IMG/VR virus record: IMGVR_UViG_3300045988_122191
Location: 44,922-108,921 of that record
DNA: 64,000 nt
Origin: a virus
Direction: 5' to 3' (one strand)
The notes under the pieces are model-generated. The model saw nothing but the letters and a program-made list of their open reading frames with translations. It was not told where the DNA came from and ran no database searches. Position 1 is the stretch's first letter; each line of letters opens with the position of its first letter. Positions 53,688-63,716 of this stretch are shown piece by piece. The position numbers and the translations under genes were made by a program.

Positions 53688-54023
53688 TCAAATAGAAATC
53701 TCAATCAAGAAATCATAAACTTTATCCCACGATGATAGGTCGATGTACTCTTTTTTCTCCTCCCCGTGTGAGACAAATACATCTCCGATCTTAAAATCCT
53801 TTAGCCAGTCTTTCTCATAAATGCAATAACTAACCCAATGTTCGTCATCGTGCATCGCGTCTTCGATCAGTTGTATTGCTATGTCGAAAATATCCGTAAT
53901 GTAGAGGCCGCAGAAATCAGGATTAAGTTTTTTCATGGCAGAGTCCACTGCGTTCATCCTGCTATCCAAATCCATTAGCCTTTTCATAATGCTAACAAAA
54001 ATTTCTTTTGTCATATTAGCCAC
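53688..54023 (-). CDS. hypothetical protein
   Basis: 111-aa ORF. Confidence 0.35.
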   Translation of the reverse strand: MANMTKEIFVSIMKRLMDLDSRMNAVDSAMKKLNPDFCGLYITDIFDIAIQLIEDAMHDDEHWVSYCIYEKDWLKDFKIGDVFVSHGEEKKEYIDLSSWDKVYDFLIEISI

Positions 54024-54163
54024 CCATAATCATAATCTCAAAACCGCTTTCCTTTGCCTTCTCGCATTTGCGCATCTCTTCTTTGAGGAAAGCGATAAAG
54101 TCATGTTCTGAACTCAGTTCGACGACCTCACAGCTATTATTGAACGTAACAAAGTAGTTCATA

Positions 54164-54505
54164 TTAAGCATCCTCCTCCAAATTTTTTACGGCATTCTTT
54201 ACCGCTCTGGTTCTTCTGAGTCTTTCAGCCAGTCTATCAGCAGCAAGCTCAATAATCTCATCCTTATGTTCGTTGATTACCTCTGTGAGTTTTTTGTCAA
54301 AGTATATCGTTGGCTCATCATTTCCGCACCACTTCATAATCAGGACGTTGCGCACTTGCTCCGCCATTTCCTTAGTGATAGCGTTCTCAGCCCCTTGTTC
54401 AATGCTTTTCTTGATGTATTCGTCGTCAATCGTAATGCCAAACTGTACGATATGTTCCATTGAAACTCCTCCTGTCACATGAGTTGATAATCTATACGCC
54501 CGCAC
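54164..54505 (-). CDS. hypothetical protein
   Basis: 113-aa ORF. Confidence 0.35.
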   Translation of the reverse strand: MRAYRLSTHVTGGVSMEHIVQFGITIDDEYIKKSIEQGAENAITKEMAEQVRNVLIMKWCGNDEPTIYFDKKLTEVINEHKDEIIELAADRLAERLRRTRAVKNAVKNLEEDA

Positions 54506-54696
54506 TTATCGCACCGATACATATAGGTTTCTGGATGTGTAAGTATTCTGACTGTCTGATTCTTGCACATATTCCCACCGCAGTCCGGGCACAGATACTT
54601 CGGTTCTGACCATTCTGACCACTCTAGAGGTGTCGCCCTCACCATCTTCCTGTACTCCTCCGCAGTAGGAAGATACTTTTCGCTATAGCTACTCAT
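54475..54696 (-). CDS. zinc-ribbon protein
   Basis: CPDCGG...CDKCG pattern. Confidence 0.35.
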   Translation of the reverse strand: MSSYSEKYLPTAEEYRKMVRATPLEWSEWSEPKYLCPDCGGNMCKNQTVRILTHPETYMYRCDKCGRIDYQLM

Positions 54697-55125
54697 CTGT
54701 ACTCACCACCCGTCCATTTTCATATATTCTCCTTTGTACTTCTTTTGTTTACTTCCCTTCGCTAACTTCCTATTCTCCTTACACTGATTACAGTTATTTC
54801 TATTTTTACAAAGCCAGCATCCGTCCCTATTTCCCTACGCCCAATGTGGGATAGAAGGGCGTGGCTTTCTTTTAGCTCTTCCCATTTCTTTCTTACCTCA
54901 TTATTTTGGAATTCAGGTCACTCAAAGTTTTCGCCATTGCTGAAATTGCGCATACATCCCTCGGCCCAACAGGGGTTGAGACTGTTTGAAGCCAAGCACA
55001 GTGACTTTCACATATGGCCATCCTCCCAAGGCTGATAGAGAACAAGGGGCAGAACGGTCTGCTGTCGTCTTCATGCTCTCTTATATCCAGCACCTTATAC
55101 TTCGTCATCATCGCCACCTCCATAG

Positions 55126-55617
55126 CTAAATGTCCATTGGGTCATGGTCATGCGGCGAACAGCAAACGCTCACTTCCCACTCGTCACAACAACCACTCAT
55201 TGTGCATCCATTACAGAAATAATCACGCTCACCATTATCTCGTTCCCATCTCTCACAGAGTCGCTCGAATTCTTCTACTTCCTCCAGGTCTGCATCAAAA
55301 TATACCCCCTGTGTCGGGAGAGCTGAATGTTGCGGGCCGATCATAGTATAGACGGGTCTGTCTTGCCGCTGTTCTTCTAGGAAGATTGGGTTCTCTGATT
55401 CAGCAAAAGTTTCTCGGATTGTCAGCTCGTTTGCCAACATTTTTCTACACTGGTCAATCGTTGTCTTCGTAAGCACACAACTCTCATCATCGCTTCGGCA
55501 ACATAAGAAAAGCTCGTCTTTAAACGAGCTTAAAAACAGCACCGGATATCGGTGCTCAAAGAAAATATATTCAATAGACCAGTCTTTAATAAGCCCTATC
55601 AAACCCCAACCTTTCAT
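55126..55617 (-). CDS. hypothetical Cys-rich protein
   Basis: Start moved to an internal Met (MKGWG). C-terminus CNGCTMSGCCDEWEVSVCC. Confidence 0.3.
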   Translation of the reverse strand: MKGWGLIGLIKDWSIEYIFFEHRYPVLFLSSFKDELFLCCRSDDESCVLTKTTIDQCRKMLANELTIRETFAESENPIFLEEQRQDRPVYTMIGPQHSALPTQGVYFDADLEEVEEFERLCERWERDNGERDYFCNGCTMSGCCDEWEVSVCCSPHDHDPMDI

Positions 55618-55837
55618 CAATAATAGCCTCAGTTGCATCTTGCTGGATAACGCCAGCCAACATGTGAGCAGTTGTCGGAGTACACTCGTAGTAATTAGAA
55701 TAAATCTCCTCCGTGTCTTTACCAATAGCAACAATAGCAATGCTCGTTACGTCGCTAATCACGCTACTGATCTCATCCAAGGATTCCGCGAAGAAGTCCT
55801 GATATCGAACATCTTTATTTGAAATAATATGTACCAT
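55586..55837 (-). CDS. hypothetical protein
   Basis: 83-aa ORF. Confidence 0.3.
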   Translation of the reverse strand: MVHIISNKDVRYQDFFAESLDEISSVISDVTSIAIVAIGKDTEEIYSNYYECTPTTAHMLAGVIQQDATEAIIDERLGFDRAY

Positions 55838-55849
55838 GGCTACACCCTC

Positions 55850-56164
55850 TCACATCGTGACTTCCGTTCCTCCCAGTGTTTCGTAATACGTCTCGGTGAT
55901 AACTCTCGTTTTCTTAACCACTCTGTACGGCTGGTCATAAAACTCATTTTCCTGATACTCTGTAAGCCCCCGCTGCCACGGAATCGCCCAAAGATCATTA
56001 CCGACCTGGAAGATAGTTTCCATAGACTGTGACCATCTGCCAGAGTCGTACCCAACTTCATCGACCCAACCATATCCGTCAAGACGACAATCGCCATACG
56101 CAAGGTCTTTCAACTCACGCTCACTAAGTCTCTTTCCGGCATACAATTTTTCAACAATATTCAT
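55850..56164 (-). CDS. hypothetical protein (paralogue of 24714-25052)
   Basis: Shares the GNDLWAIPW...QPYRVVKKTRV core with the ORF at 24714-25052. Confidence 0.45.
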   Translation of the reverse strand: MNIVEKLYAGKRLSERELKDLAYGDCRLDGYGWVDEVGYDSGRWSQSMETIFQVGNDLWAIPWQRGLTEYQENEFYDQPYRVVKKTRVITETYYETLGGTEVTM

Positions 56165-56430
56165 GTTTTATCTTCCACCCTTTCATAAGTCATCGCAAAA
56201 ATATCAGGTTTACACGGATATAGCTCACCCTTCACACCGCGGATAATATAGTCTTCCATGTTCGCACGGTGAGTACCTTCCAGTGTCTCAATCTCAGTAC
56301 ACATATCACCGTCTTCGTTGATATATACTCGTGCCACGCCAGACTCACACGCCTCATCAAACCAATCAAGAGGTTTCTCTTCGCCAAACTGAAACGCTTC
56401 AATTACTACCGGCTTCTTTATATATCTCAT
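56161..56430 (-). CDS. hypothetical protein
   Basis: 89-aa ORF, translationally coupled to its neighbours. Confidence 0.3.
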   Translation of the reverse strand: MRYIKKPVVIEAFQFGEEKPLDWFDEACESGVARVYINEDGDMCTEIETLEGTHRANMEDYIIRGVKGELYPCKPDIFAMTYERVEDKT

Positions 56431-56648
56431 TTGCGCCCCTTTTCTTTAGTCACTACTTCAACTAAGGCTTCTTGTAGTTCTGACTTTGACATGGAATACA
56501 GCGCGGGAATTTCACAGGAGTTGCTGTTCTCATAAAAAGGGCAGACGAGCAAACACCCCTCACCGCTATACCATTTGCCGCCACAAATTTCTATAAACGA
56601 ATTCCTTAACTCATGCAAACCCATCTTGTTAATATCATCTTTTGTCAT
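56427..56648 (-). CDS. hypothetical protein
   Basis: 73-aa ORF. Confidence 0.3.
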   Translation of the reverse strand: MTKDDINKMGLHELRNSFIEICGGKWYSGEGCLLVCPFYENSNSCEIPALYSMSKSELQEALVEVVTKEKGRK

Positions 56649-56848
56649 TCGCCATTCTCCTCGTCCCGGCTATACTCACTTAGCTCAACAAAATCATTAG
56701 GCGAATTTTTGAAACTTCTTCTCAGATATGACAGGCCGCCATCACAACCAACAGCTCCGCAACTGCACATCTTAAAATCGTGAGTATACTCAGAGACAAG
56801 AATATCACCACACCATTTACATTGAATTGAGTTTTTGATTAGCTTCAT
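56645..56848 (-). CDS. small zinc-ribbon protein
   Basis: CKWCG...CSCG pattern. Confidence 0.3.
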   Translation of the reverse strand: MKLIKNSIQCKWCGDILVSEYTHDFKMCSCGAVGCDGGLSYLRRSFKNSPNDFVELSEYSRDEENGE

Positions 56849-57053
56849 TCTTTCTTTTCACCTCTTCCTTCTTTAATAACTCAGCCTTTCTTCTTGCTCT
56901 TCTAATTACATCTCCGGCGGCCAGCGAAAGCGCGTATTTTTGGAATGGGCGTAGCTTCATTCCAGTTAGGTTACACCACCACTCAATATCTTTTTCTCGT
57001 TTTCTGCATCTCATCACACCACCATCACAATCCATGTTAAAATAATCTGACAA
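56817..57053 (-). CDS. hypothetical protein
   Basis: 78-aa ORF. Confidence 0.3.
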   Translation of the reverse strand: MSDYFNMDCDGGVMRCRKREKDIEWWCNLTGMKLRPFQKYALSLAAGDVIRRARRKAELLKKEEVKRKNEANQKLNSM

Positions 57054-57391
57054 ATATGAACCAGCTGATCCTGAACCAGGTTGATTTTCTTAAAGTTCGC
57101 CTTCAAGTCGTCAACACAAAAGTGAATAACGCAGTTCACTACCAGCATAACAAAAAACAGAACCGGTAGATTGAGCTTCAGATAAACCGCCACCGGCAGT
57201 ATCGTCATGAACGTCCAGCTAGAAGCGTGCATAAACAGTGCTGCGATATAGTCATGCTTGTACTTCTCTCCAGGAGAGTTCTTTCTCCACCAATCCTTCT
57301 GCTTCATACTGGCAAGCACACCTTGCAGATAATAGTCATCTACAATGTGAGCAAACAGCATTACCAATAACACAAATAACTTAGCCTGCAT
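57014..57391 (-). CDS. membrane protein (3-4 TM helices)
   Basis: Hydrophobic helices throughout 125 aa. Confidence 0.4.
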   Translation of the reverse strand: MQAKLFVLLVMLFAHIVDDYYLQGVLASMKQKDWWRKNSPGEKYKHDYIAALFMHASSWTFMTILPVAVYLKLNLPVLFFVMLVVNCVIHFCVDDLKANFKKINLVQDQLVHICQIILTWIVMVV

Positions 57392-57394
57392 TCA

Positions 57395-58363
57395 TCACAC
57401 CTCCGTAGCACCAGCAGAAATCAGAGCATTCCCGCAAGTAATTCTATCGCTGTCCTCTTCCTTGCTCGGGACAAACACGATGACATCCCAACCGGCGTCA
57501 ACCAGTGGCTGTTCAAATTTCCGGTAAACATCGTAATTCGTGTAGGTAGTAGACACGTCGAATCCATTCTGAACCGCAGAGTTTGTCTCGTGAATAGGCG
57601 TAATCTTAACGATGAACTTATCCTTGCTAAATAGCTCCCCCAGTCTAACAGGATCAATAATTGTATCGGCAGTCACTGCAAAATTCAGAGTGTACTTTCT
57701 CCCTACCGGATCAGGAAGCCCCCTTGCAATCTTAGAAATCTCATCCAGGCTGAGGCTCATGCCGCTGAACTGCTCCTCTCGTTGCTTATCGTCCGTACTG
57801 TTGATACTAAACTGCAGTCCTGCTTCGCCACCGTACCAACGATTCTTAACTCTACACCACACCATAAGGAACAACTTTAGGTGCGGATTATTCTTCGGTA
57901 ACATCGTAGAAACAACCGGGTGAATTGTTTTAGCGGTGATATACTTTCCTACCAGAGGTTTAAGCTCATCACGCGCAAAGAAAATAACGTCAGAATTAAA
58001 TGTTGGCTCGCCCATTCTTGCAAAATGCACGTTAAACCTATCCGTGTATTTAGTAGACTCGCCTTTTAGGATCGTTTCAATCTCATACTTGAGATCTTCG
58101 AGAGAAGCATTACCGTGAAATCCGTACTTTGGACAATCACAAAACTTGCATTTCATTGGGCACCCTTTCTGGGTGCTGATTGTTGCGACCCATTTCTTAC
58201 TGAGGTCAACCGGCTTGTTCTCTACGCCATTGATTTCCTTATGCAACCCAAGGAAATCTGCCTTAATATTATTCTCTTTACCGTAGTCTCCGACGGTCAG
58301 AAACTCCAGCTGTCTTTCTTCATCAACGTAAATCTTACCGGTGTGGGTGTTAACAATTCTCAT
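57395..58363 (-). CDS. radical SAM protein
   Basis: CX3CX2C as CPMKCKFC near residue 68. 322 aa. Confidence 0.55.
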   Translation of the reverse strand: MRIVNTHTGKIYVDEERQLEFLTVGDYGKENNIKADFLGLHKEINGVENKPVDLSKKWVATISTQKGCPMKCKFCDCPKYGFHGNASLEDLKYEIETILKGESTKYTDRFNVHFARMGEPTFNSDVIFFARDELKPLVGKYITAKTIHPVVSTMLPKNNPHLKLFLMVWCRVKNRWYGGEAGLQFSINSTDDKQREEQFSGMSLSLDEISKIARGLPDPVGRKYTLNFAVTADTIIDPVRLGELFSKDKFIVKITPIHETNSAVQNGFDVSTTYTNYDVYRKFEQPLVDAGWDVIVFVPSKEEDSDRITCGNALISAGATEV

Positions 58364-58547
58364 TCTTGGTTGCCTCCTTTTCTTCTCGCATCCTGGGATA
58401 ATCGTAAAAGTCTTTTAGCGTTGACATCGCCACCCTGATACCTTCGCAGAAAACCTCTCCTTTATTCCCACGATAGCCGTGTTTAGTTTTTAAATGTTTT
58501 CTCAGGTTCTGCTGTAGTAGTTCATACTCATAATTTGTCATATACAA
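58350..58547 (-). CDS. hypothetical protein
   Basis: 65-aa ORF. Confidence 0.3.
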   Translation of the reverse strand: MYMTNYEYELLQQNLRKHLKTKHGYRGNKGEVFCEGIRVAMSTLKDFYDYPRMREEKEATKNENC

Positions 58548-58553
58548 CCTTCT

Positions 58554-58928
58554 TTACCTGATTTCAAAACGGCCCTGACTTAGCGCACCTAACACACTCC
58601 TATCCCGCAGCACGCATACAAGATACCAGATCACTTCCCAGTCAAATTTTTCTACGTCCTCTGGGTTGATCGGCTCACCCTTACCGGCTACGTCAATAGG
58701 CAGCGAACCATTGTTGCCGTACTCATAATAAACGTTCGGGATGCACGGGCCAAACTCCCGCCACTCAACATCGTCAATAAATACGAAAAGCCCTTCATTC
58801 AACCAATCATGCTGGATATACGCCAGTAGCTGCTGCAGTTGGACATTGGTAATCGGATGACCTAAATCAATACACTTCTGTACGACATATCTAGCTACAT
58901 CAATTGCTCTATACATGTAATACCTCAC
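58554..58928 (-). CDS. hypothetical protein
   Basis: 124-aa ORF. Confidence 0.35.
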   Translation of the reverse strand: MRYYMYRAIDVARYVVQKCIDLGHPITNVQLQQLLAYIQHDWLNEGLFVFIDDVEWREFGPCIPNVYYEYGNNGSLPIDVAGKGEPINPEDVEKFDWEVIWYLVCVLRDRSVLGALSQGRFEIR

Positions 58929-59212
58929 TTCGCGTCCCGCTCATACATTAGCCAGTAAACGCCTTTGCTATGACGCTCATCAAACAGTCTCCAAATATCC
59001 TCCACATCGGTTCCATTTGCAAACCCATGCCAATCCTCATCAAGAACCGTTCTCATATCCGCATCTTCAGTGACTGGAACATCTGTTAGATCGTCCCACA
59101 GTCCCTCCAACCTTGCATCTGTTGAATACTTCACTTGTGACCAACCCCTCCTCAGCCCATACATCAATTTCAGTACCAGAATAGTCGCTGTCGTCCAGTA
59201 CGATCTCCTCAT
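58925..59212 (-). CDS. hypothetical protein (overlaps an alternative ORF at 59067-59315; exact boundaries uncertain)
   Basis: Two overlapping - strand ORFs; an acidic protein. Confidence 0.25.
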   Translation of the reverse strand: MRRSYWTTATILVLKLMYGLRRGWSQVKYSTDARLEGLWDDLTDVPVTEDADMRTVLDEDWHGFANGTDVEDIWRLFDERHSKGVYWLMYERDAK

Positions 59213-59477
59213 TGTTATACTTGCGCTTCACAATCTCGTAAGCCTGTTCCTTGCTCTCTGCCTCAATTTCCAGCTCTCTCCGGAGTTCTTCCGTAACAGC
59301 TACAACGTACTTCATACGGACCTCACTTTCTTCCGATCACAACGTGCTTTACACGCCCACACTTCTTACACATATAGACAAGCTCAATTCCATCCGGCAT
59401 AGTTACATTATCACCAAACTTCTTTACACCCGTCACATAATGAAAGTCGTGTTTGCAAAACAACTTTGACAACAACT

Positions 59478-59666
59478 TCATTTGCCACCTCTAGCAATCC
59501 GATCTTTATATCTGAAAAATGAGTACCGCGCGTATTCACTTCTGATACGTCCTCGCCACTTAATCCGGTTGTCCATTTTCTTTGCCTCTTTATATTTCTC
59601 GCAAAAACTATGACATCCTACCTCTCTGTCTTCGCAGTCTTTACACGGATACACCATCTTTACCAC
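59478..59666 (-). CDS. small zinc-ribbon protein
   Basis: CKDCEDREVGCHSFC pattern. Confidence 0.3.
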   Translation of the reverse strand: MVKMVYPCKDCEDREVGCHSFCEKYKEAKKMDNRIKWRGRIRSEYARYSFFRYKDRIARGGK

Positions 59667-60091
59667 CCATCTTTCGTGTACACATCCAGCAGCCGCATTC
59701 TATCCTCGCCACGCCAAATAAGATACGGAAGCTCGAACTCCTCATATCGCGTGTAACCAATAAATCCATACGTTCTTACATACGGGAAAATAAAGTCCAA
59801 GAACTTAGAAATTTCTCCGTCATAATTTTTCAGATTACAACGCACATTTAGTTCGTATTCCTTCGTGATATTATTACGGACCATAGAACTGTCAGTTCTG
59901 CCATCGAAATAATAGCTGCCACTTTTTAACATATACCGCCATCTTTCAGTCTGAAACAGCGGATGATCCGGTACTTCAACCACGTCTTCTTTATTACCAA
60001 GCATGTAATTGAGAACCTCAATGACGCTGTCAGGCGTCGAGGGTGCAAGGTTCACTCCAATGTTTAGTTCTGTATACATCCCCATTTTCAT
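59660..60091 (-). CDS. hypothetical protein
   Basis: 143-aa ORF. Confidence 0.35.
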   Translation of the reverse strand: MKMGMYTELNIGVNLAPSTPDSVIEVLNYMLGNKEDVVEVPDHPLFQTERWRYMLKSGSYYFDGRTDSSMVRNNITKEYELNVRCNLKNYDGEISKFLDFIFPYVRTYGFIGYTRYEEFELPYLIWRGEDRMRLLDVYTKDGW

Positions 60092-60345
60092 TCCCTCAGC
60101 TTTCTATGGTTGTCGTTCAGAAAACGATACAGGATGCTGTCATTGCCACCATCATGTCTCTGATTGCCGTCTTGTTCCAAAACCCATCTGTGTACGGACA
60201 CTTCCAGCACGTCTTCATTGAAACTCTGTTGTAACCCCCTCATATATGCTTCGTTAGGATCCAAATATGTATTAATATAATCAAACGGCACGTCAACGCC
60301 GTCTACATTAACTACGCTTTTTACATCTAACAAATAGAAGTTCAT
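60088..60345 (-). CDS. hypothetical protein
   Basis: 85-aa ORF. Confidence 0.3.
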   Translation of the reverse strand: MNFYLLDVKSVVNVDGVDVPFDYINTYLDPNEAYMRGLQQSFNEDVLEVSVHRWVLEQDGNQRHDGGNDSILYRFLNDNHRKLRE

Positions 60346-60361
60346 TATTACACCTGCTTTC

Positions 60362-61039
60362 TTACTGAATAATCATTTCGTCCGCAAAGATTTTTTCACG
60401 CTGACTAGCATCAATCTTCTCCAGATTTACCGGCAGAATACCTGCGATGCCAATACTAGTCTCAATCATCAGCATACCAAGCCTATCTTTGTAGTATACT
60501 TTTGCCACACTGCCATCATTAACAATGCTAAACGCTCTATCCAGCAGAGACATCTTATACCCTCCATCCTTGTATCGGAGCATATACCGGAAGTCATGTG
60601 TCGTCTCTGCCTTCTTGAATTTGTACCCTTTGGATTTCGCTTCTGCGAGCACTTTGTTAAGATCAACTCGGTCTACCTCTGTGTAATTGGTGTAGTTCAC
60701 AAACCCGTCCAGCTTAAAATACGAGCCATGTTCTTCCTCGTTATATGTATCCATCTCACCAAGCGGTTCCTTAGTAATTACAAAGGAATGACCGTCCACA
60801 AAGCCGTTGTAAATTTCCCCGTTCACTTTAACGTTGTCACACGGATAGTGACAACACGGATTTGGCTTATCCACATACTTAAAGTATCGTTTCATAGCCG
60901 CATAACGTTCTTTCGCACCAACATTTTTCTTCAAACTGTCCTGATAGATTTCATCAGTCAACAAGCTTTTAAGCTCGTCAATCCGCCCTTCTTTCAACAT
61001 TTCAAGTACAACTGTATTTTTCATATTTACTCCTTTCAA
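60362..61039 (-). CDS. hypothetical protein
   Basis: 225-aa ORF. Confidence 0.4.
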   Translation of the reverse strand: MKGVNMKNTVVLEMLKEGRIDELKSLLTDEIYQDSLKKNVGAKERYAAMKRYFKYVDKPNPCCHYPCDNVKVNGEIYNGFVDGHSFVITKEPLGEMDTYNEEEHGSYFKLDGFVNYTNYTEVDRVDLNKVLAEAKSKGYKFKKAETTHDFRYMLRYKDGGYKMSLLDRAFSIVNDGSVAKVYYKDRLGMLMIETSIGIAGILPVNLEKIDASQREKIFADEMIIQ

Positions 61040-61049
61040 ATTATCTTTT

Positions 61050-61277
61050 TTAATTGCTTACCAATCTAACCTTACTTTTTCTTACATAGATTCCGACATC
61101 GCCTTCTCCGTCAATCGAATCAAGCGTAACATAAATTTTCTTATCATACTTTTTTGGTGTTACCCCTACTGTACCTTCCGTAACAACTCTACAATTATAA
61201 TCATGAATCCAAAGTTCCGATGTATCACCAGAAATACAAACTCTATCTCCTGCCTTGAACATAGTTAAACCCTTCAC
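61050..61277 (-). CDS. hypothetical protein
   Basis: 75-aa ORF. Confidence 0.3.
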   Translation of the reverse strand: MKGLTMFKAGDRVCISGDTSELWIHDYNCRVVTEGTVGVTPKKYDKKIYVTLDSIDGEGDVGIYVRKSKVRLVSN

Positions 61278-61562
61278 TTAAAAATTACATTTTTATAGAG
61301 TCACTCAATATAGCCATCATAAATCAGGACTTCCGACCATCCTTTAACATTGATTGAGTCCTGTAAAATAATATCTCCGTATTTATTCTTGAAATCCATA
61401 AGCTCCTCCAGAGAGTTTATCTCAACAGTCCAGAACTTTTTTCTTTTTTACTAATACCATCGAAGAGAATCATTTGTTTTGATTCTTCGCAGGGGCAACC
61501 AGTACCCCATAAACTTGCTCTATTAACAATAAAAGTCATAAAGCTCCTCCTAATCCATCTCG

Positions 61563-61796
61563 TTAGAGTATGTAATACTCGCCATCTCTATCAAATACAA
61601 GTCGCTCTTTACCGTCAAGAACGATATACTCGTTAAGCAAAATATCAACATCTACATCAACACACTCAATATCGAAGACTTCGTTTGTTTCCGTATCCAC
61701 TTTGCAATCAGTAGTAATAGTTACATCTCCGCTCCACACCGTTACAAACTTAGCATCTTTAACCATAGCAACCTCCTTCATAAGCTCATAAGTCAC
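61563..61796 (-). CDS. hypothetical protein
   Basis: 77-aa ORF. Confidence 0.3.
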   Translation of the reverse strand: MTYELMKEVAMVKDAKFVTVWSGDVTITTDCKVDTETNEVFDIECVDVDVDILLNEYIVLDGKERLVFDRDGEYYIL

Positions 61797-61855
61797 ACGA
61801 ACAAATCTTCCTGATAATCCTTCTTGTAACCATAACTCTACAACTCACTCATCCA

Positions 61856-62266
61856 CTAATCCCATAGAAGATAAAAGACTTCTTTGAACAGATCAAAGAA
61901 GTCGTTCTTGTATTTGTCGGCCATATTTTGTGCCCACATATCTCTCTCTAGCAAGCTCATCTCTTCGGGAGCCTTCTCAAACCATTCTGACGCCCGCATA
62001 TTCTTCAGGCATTCAATCATCTTATCAACAACCGCCTGCCATTCCTCATCAGTATATCCGCCTGGGATTCCCCATCGTGTATCTGAGTATCTGGTCATTA
62101 CTCTCGTCATCGTTTTGATGAACCAAAGTGGCATATCATATTCTGCTTCTCTGGTGAATCCGTGTTTCAGAAGGTACCTCCGCTCTTTAAAGTAATAAGG
62201 TATCCCAAACACGTTCCGCCACCAGTGAATACCTTCATGTTGAAAACTTTTCTTCCAATCTACCAT
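61856..62266 (-). CDS. hypothetical protein
   Basis: 136-aa ORF downstream of the RT locus. Confidence 0.35.
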   Translation of the reverse strand: MVDWKKSFQHEGIHWWRNVFGIPYYFKERRYLLKHGFTREAEYDMPLWFIKTMTRVMTRYSDTRWGIPGGYTDEEWQAVVDKMIECLKNMRASEWFEKAPEEMSLLERDMWAQNMADKYKNDFFDLFKEVFYLLWD

Positions 62267-62295
62267 ATAGTACCTCCAGCATAGCTGCTTTAAGA

Positions 62296-62535
62296 TTACT
62301 CATTACCCTTCTTGTCTTTCTGCTCACCGCCATTTTCCTTCACACAAATCGGAAGCCGCCGAACATGGTAGTCCTTTCTTTCTCTTACCACGTTATACTT
62401 CTCACAGGTGTGTGTCGGGTATGGATGAGTCCCAGGGAGTCCGTACATGGCAGCGAGAGAGCTAGAGATACCAGCTCTGTACTTAGAGAATCTACACTCA
62501 TTACACAATACTGTTTTAGTTTTCATATATGACAC
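62296..62535 (-). CDS. small Cys-containing protein immediately downstream of the RT
   Basis: 79 aa; CNEC...HTCEKY...C pattern. Stop-start spacing of 8 nt to the RT suggests co-transcription. Confidence 0.35.
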   Translation of the reverse strand: MSYMKTKTVLCNECRFSKYRAGISSSLAAMYGLPGTHPYPTHTCEKYNVVRERKDYHVRRLPICVKENGGEQKDKKGNE

Positions 62536-62543
62536 CTCGTCCT

Positions 62544-63716
62544 TTAGTTTTTGAGATCCTTCTTCATCGTGGCTTCAATATCAAAGCCAAACTTCTGACT
62601 ATAGCGAGTGATAACTCCATCAATACTTCCTCTGTTAACCATTCGATAGTAGCTCATAAGACCGAGCACATATTGCAGTTGCTCAAGAGGCCAATAAGTT
62701 CCGCTCTTTCTGTCCTTCGCGTAATTGAAAAGCATCGCCTCGAAGTTGCGCTTCTTCTTATACCCAATCGTGATCTGGTTGTCCTTGTTGATCATCACAC
62801 CGAGTACCCAATTCTTATGATACGAGGGGCCGTAATGAGTTTTCTCATCTTTGATGAGATAACTGGCCCCGAAAAGTCTAAACAGATTTTCAATCTTTCT
62901 GATAATGAAGCTCTTATCAAACTCAATACCACAGCTGATGTTCATATCATCAGCATATCTGGTATACGCGAACCTTCTACCCTTTTCATCAGGGTTGTTT
63001 TCCGGGTTCTGCAGGCTACGCAGAAACTTACTGAACTCAAAATCAAACGGAATCATAATCAGATTGGTCAGCATCGGGCTGATCGGCGTTCCCATAGGTA
63101 GACCTCCATCCAGGAAGCAAAGCGACAGAGCTTTTCTAAGCTCTTCTCTCCCGCTTTTGCACTCCATAATGAGACAGAACGGGTAAATCATAGACAGCGC
63201 GTTCCATACAAACTCCGGAGTGGTATTAGGAAAGAAACCGCTGATGTCAGTCTTTAAATACCACTTGCTCTTATTCCACTGATGGACTTTTGCGGCGTCT
63301 ACACTACTTCTGTTTTTGACATAAGCGTATGCAGCGGCATGGCTGCTCGCATAAAACTCAGATTCTAACAGCAGTTTTAGCTCTCGCAGACAATTCATCA
63401 GCTCGTCGTCCGGCGCGTTAATCTCTCTCATGCCGCCGCTCTTTTTCGGGATAAAAAACTTGTGGTAATGCTCACGAATATCACTCTCCATCAGGCCATG
63501 GTGTTTCTTGTTGAATGTTCTTAACAAACCAATCTTTTTCTCAACATCAAACCCCGCTAAAATTCTTTCAGGAAGTCGCTCATATGTAAATGTTCTAGTA
63601 TACGGAGATCTTGGTGTTCGCTCCCGCACATTCTCACCTTGGAATAATGCGAGCATAATATCTTCTAAAGCAATTTGCTTGTACGGCTCTGTAATTCTAA
63701 CTGTTACATAAATCAT
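62544..63716 (-). CDS. reverse transcriptase, retron-type (or retron-like Abi/DRT)
   Basis: RT motifs 1/2 KKSGGMREINAP and motif 3 WYLKTDISGFFPNT. Pre-motif YAYVKNRSSVDAAKVH (cf. retron ...RSI.TNA..H). Motif 4 GLPMGTPISPMLTNL. Motif 5 YTRYADDMNIS. Thumb region VLGVMINKDNQITIGYKKKRNFEA (cf. the retron VTG...KR pattern). RBS AAGGAGA. Confidence 0.75.
   Translation of the reverse strand: MIYVTVRITEPYKQIALEDIMLALFQGENVRERTPRSPYTRTFTYERLPERILAGFDVEKKIGLLRTFNKKHHGLMESDIREHYHKFFIPKKSGGMREINAPDDELMNCLRELKLLLESEFYASSHAAAYAYVKNRSSVDAAKVHQWNKSKWYLKTDISGFFPNTTPEFVWNALSMIYPFCLIMECKSGREELRKALSLCFLDGGLPMGTPISPMLTNLIMIPFDFEFSKFLRSLQNPENNPDEKGRRFAYTRYADDMNISCGIEFDKSFIIRKIENLFRLFGASYLIKDEKTHYGPSYHKNWVLGVMINKDNQITIGYKKKRNFEAMLFNYAKDRKSGTYWPLEQLQYVLGLMSYYRMVNRGSIDGVITRYSQKFGFDIEATMKKDLKN

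Noticed and set aside
61300-61541. Apparent ~79-aa - strand ORF with RBS GGAGGAG in the gap between the ORFs at 61050-61277 and 61563-61796
   Set aside because: Careful reading shows the frame stops after ~40 codons at the A6GA6 tract (61437-61450); the longer ORF was a counting error. A homopolymer frameshift was not claimed.
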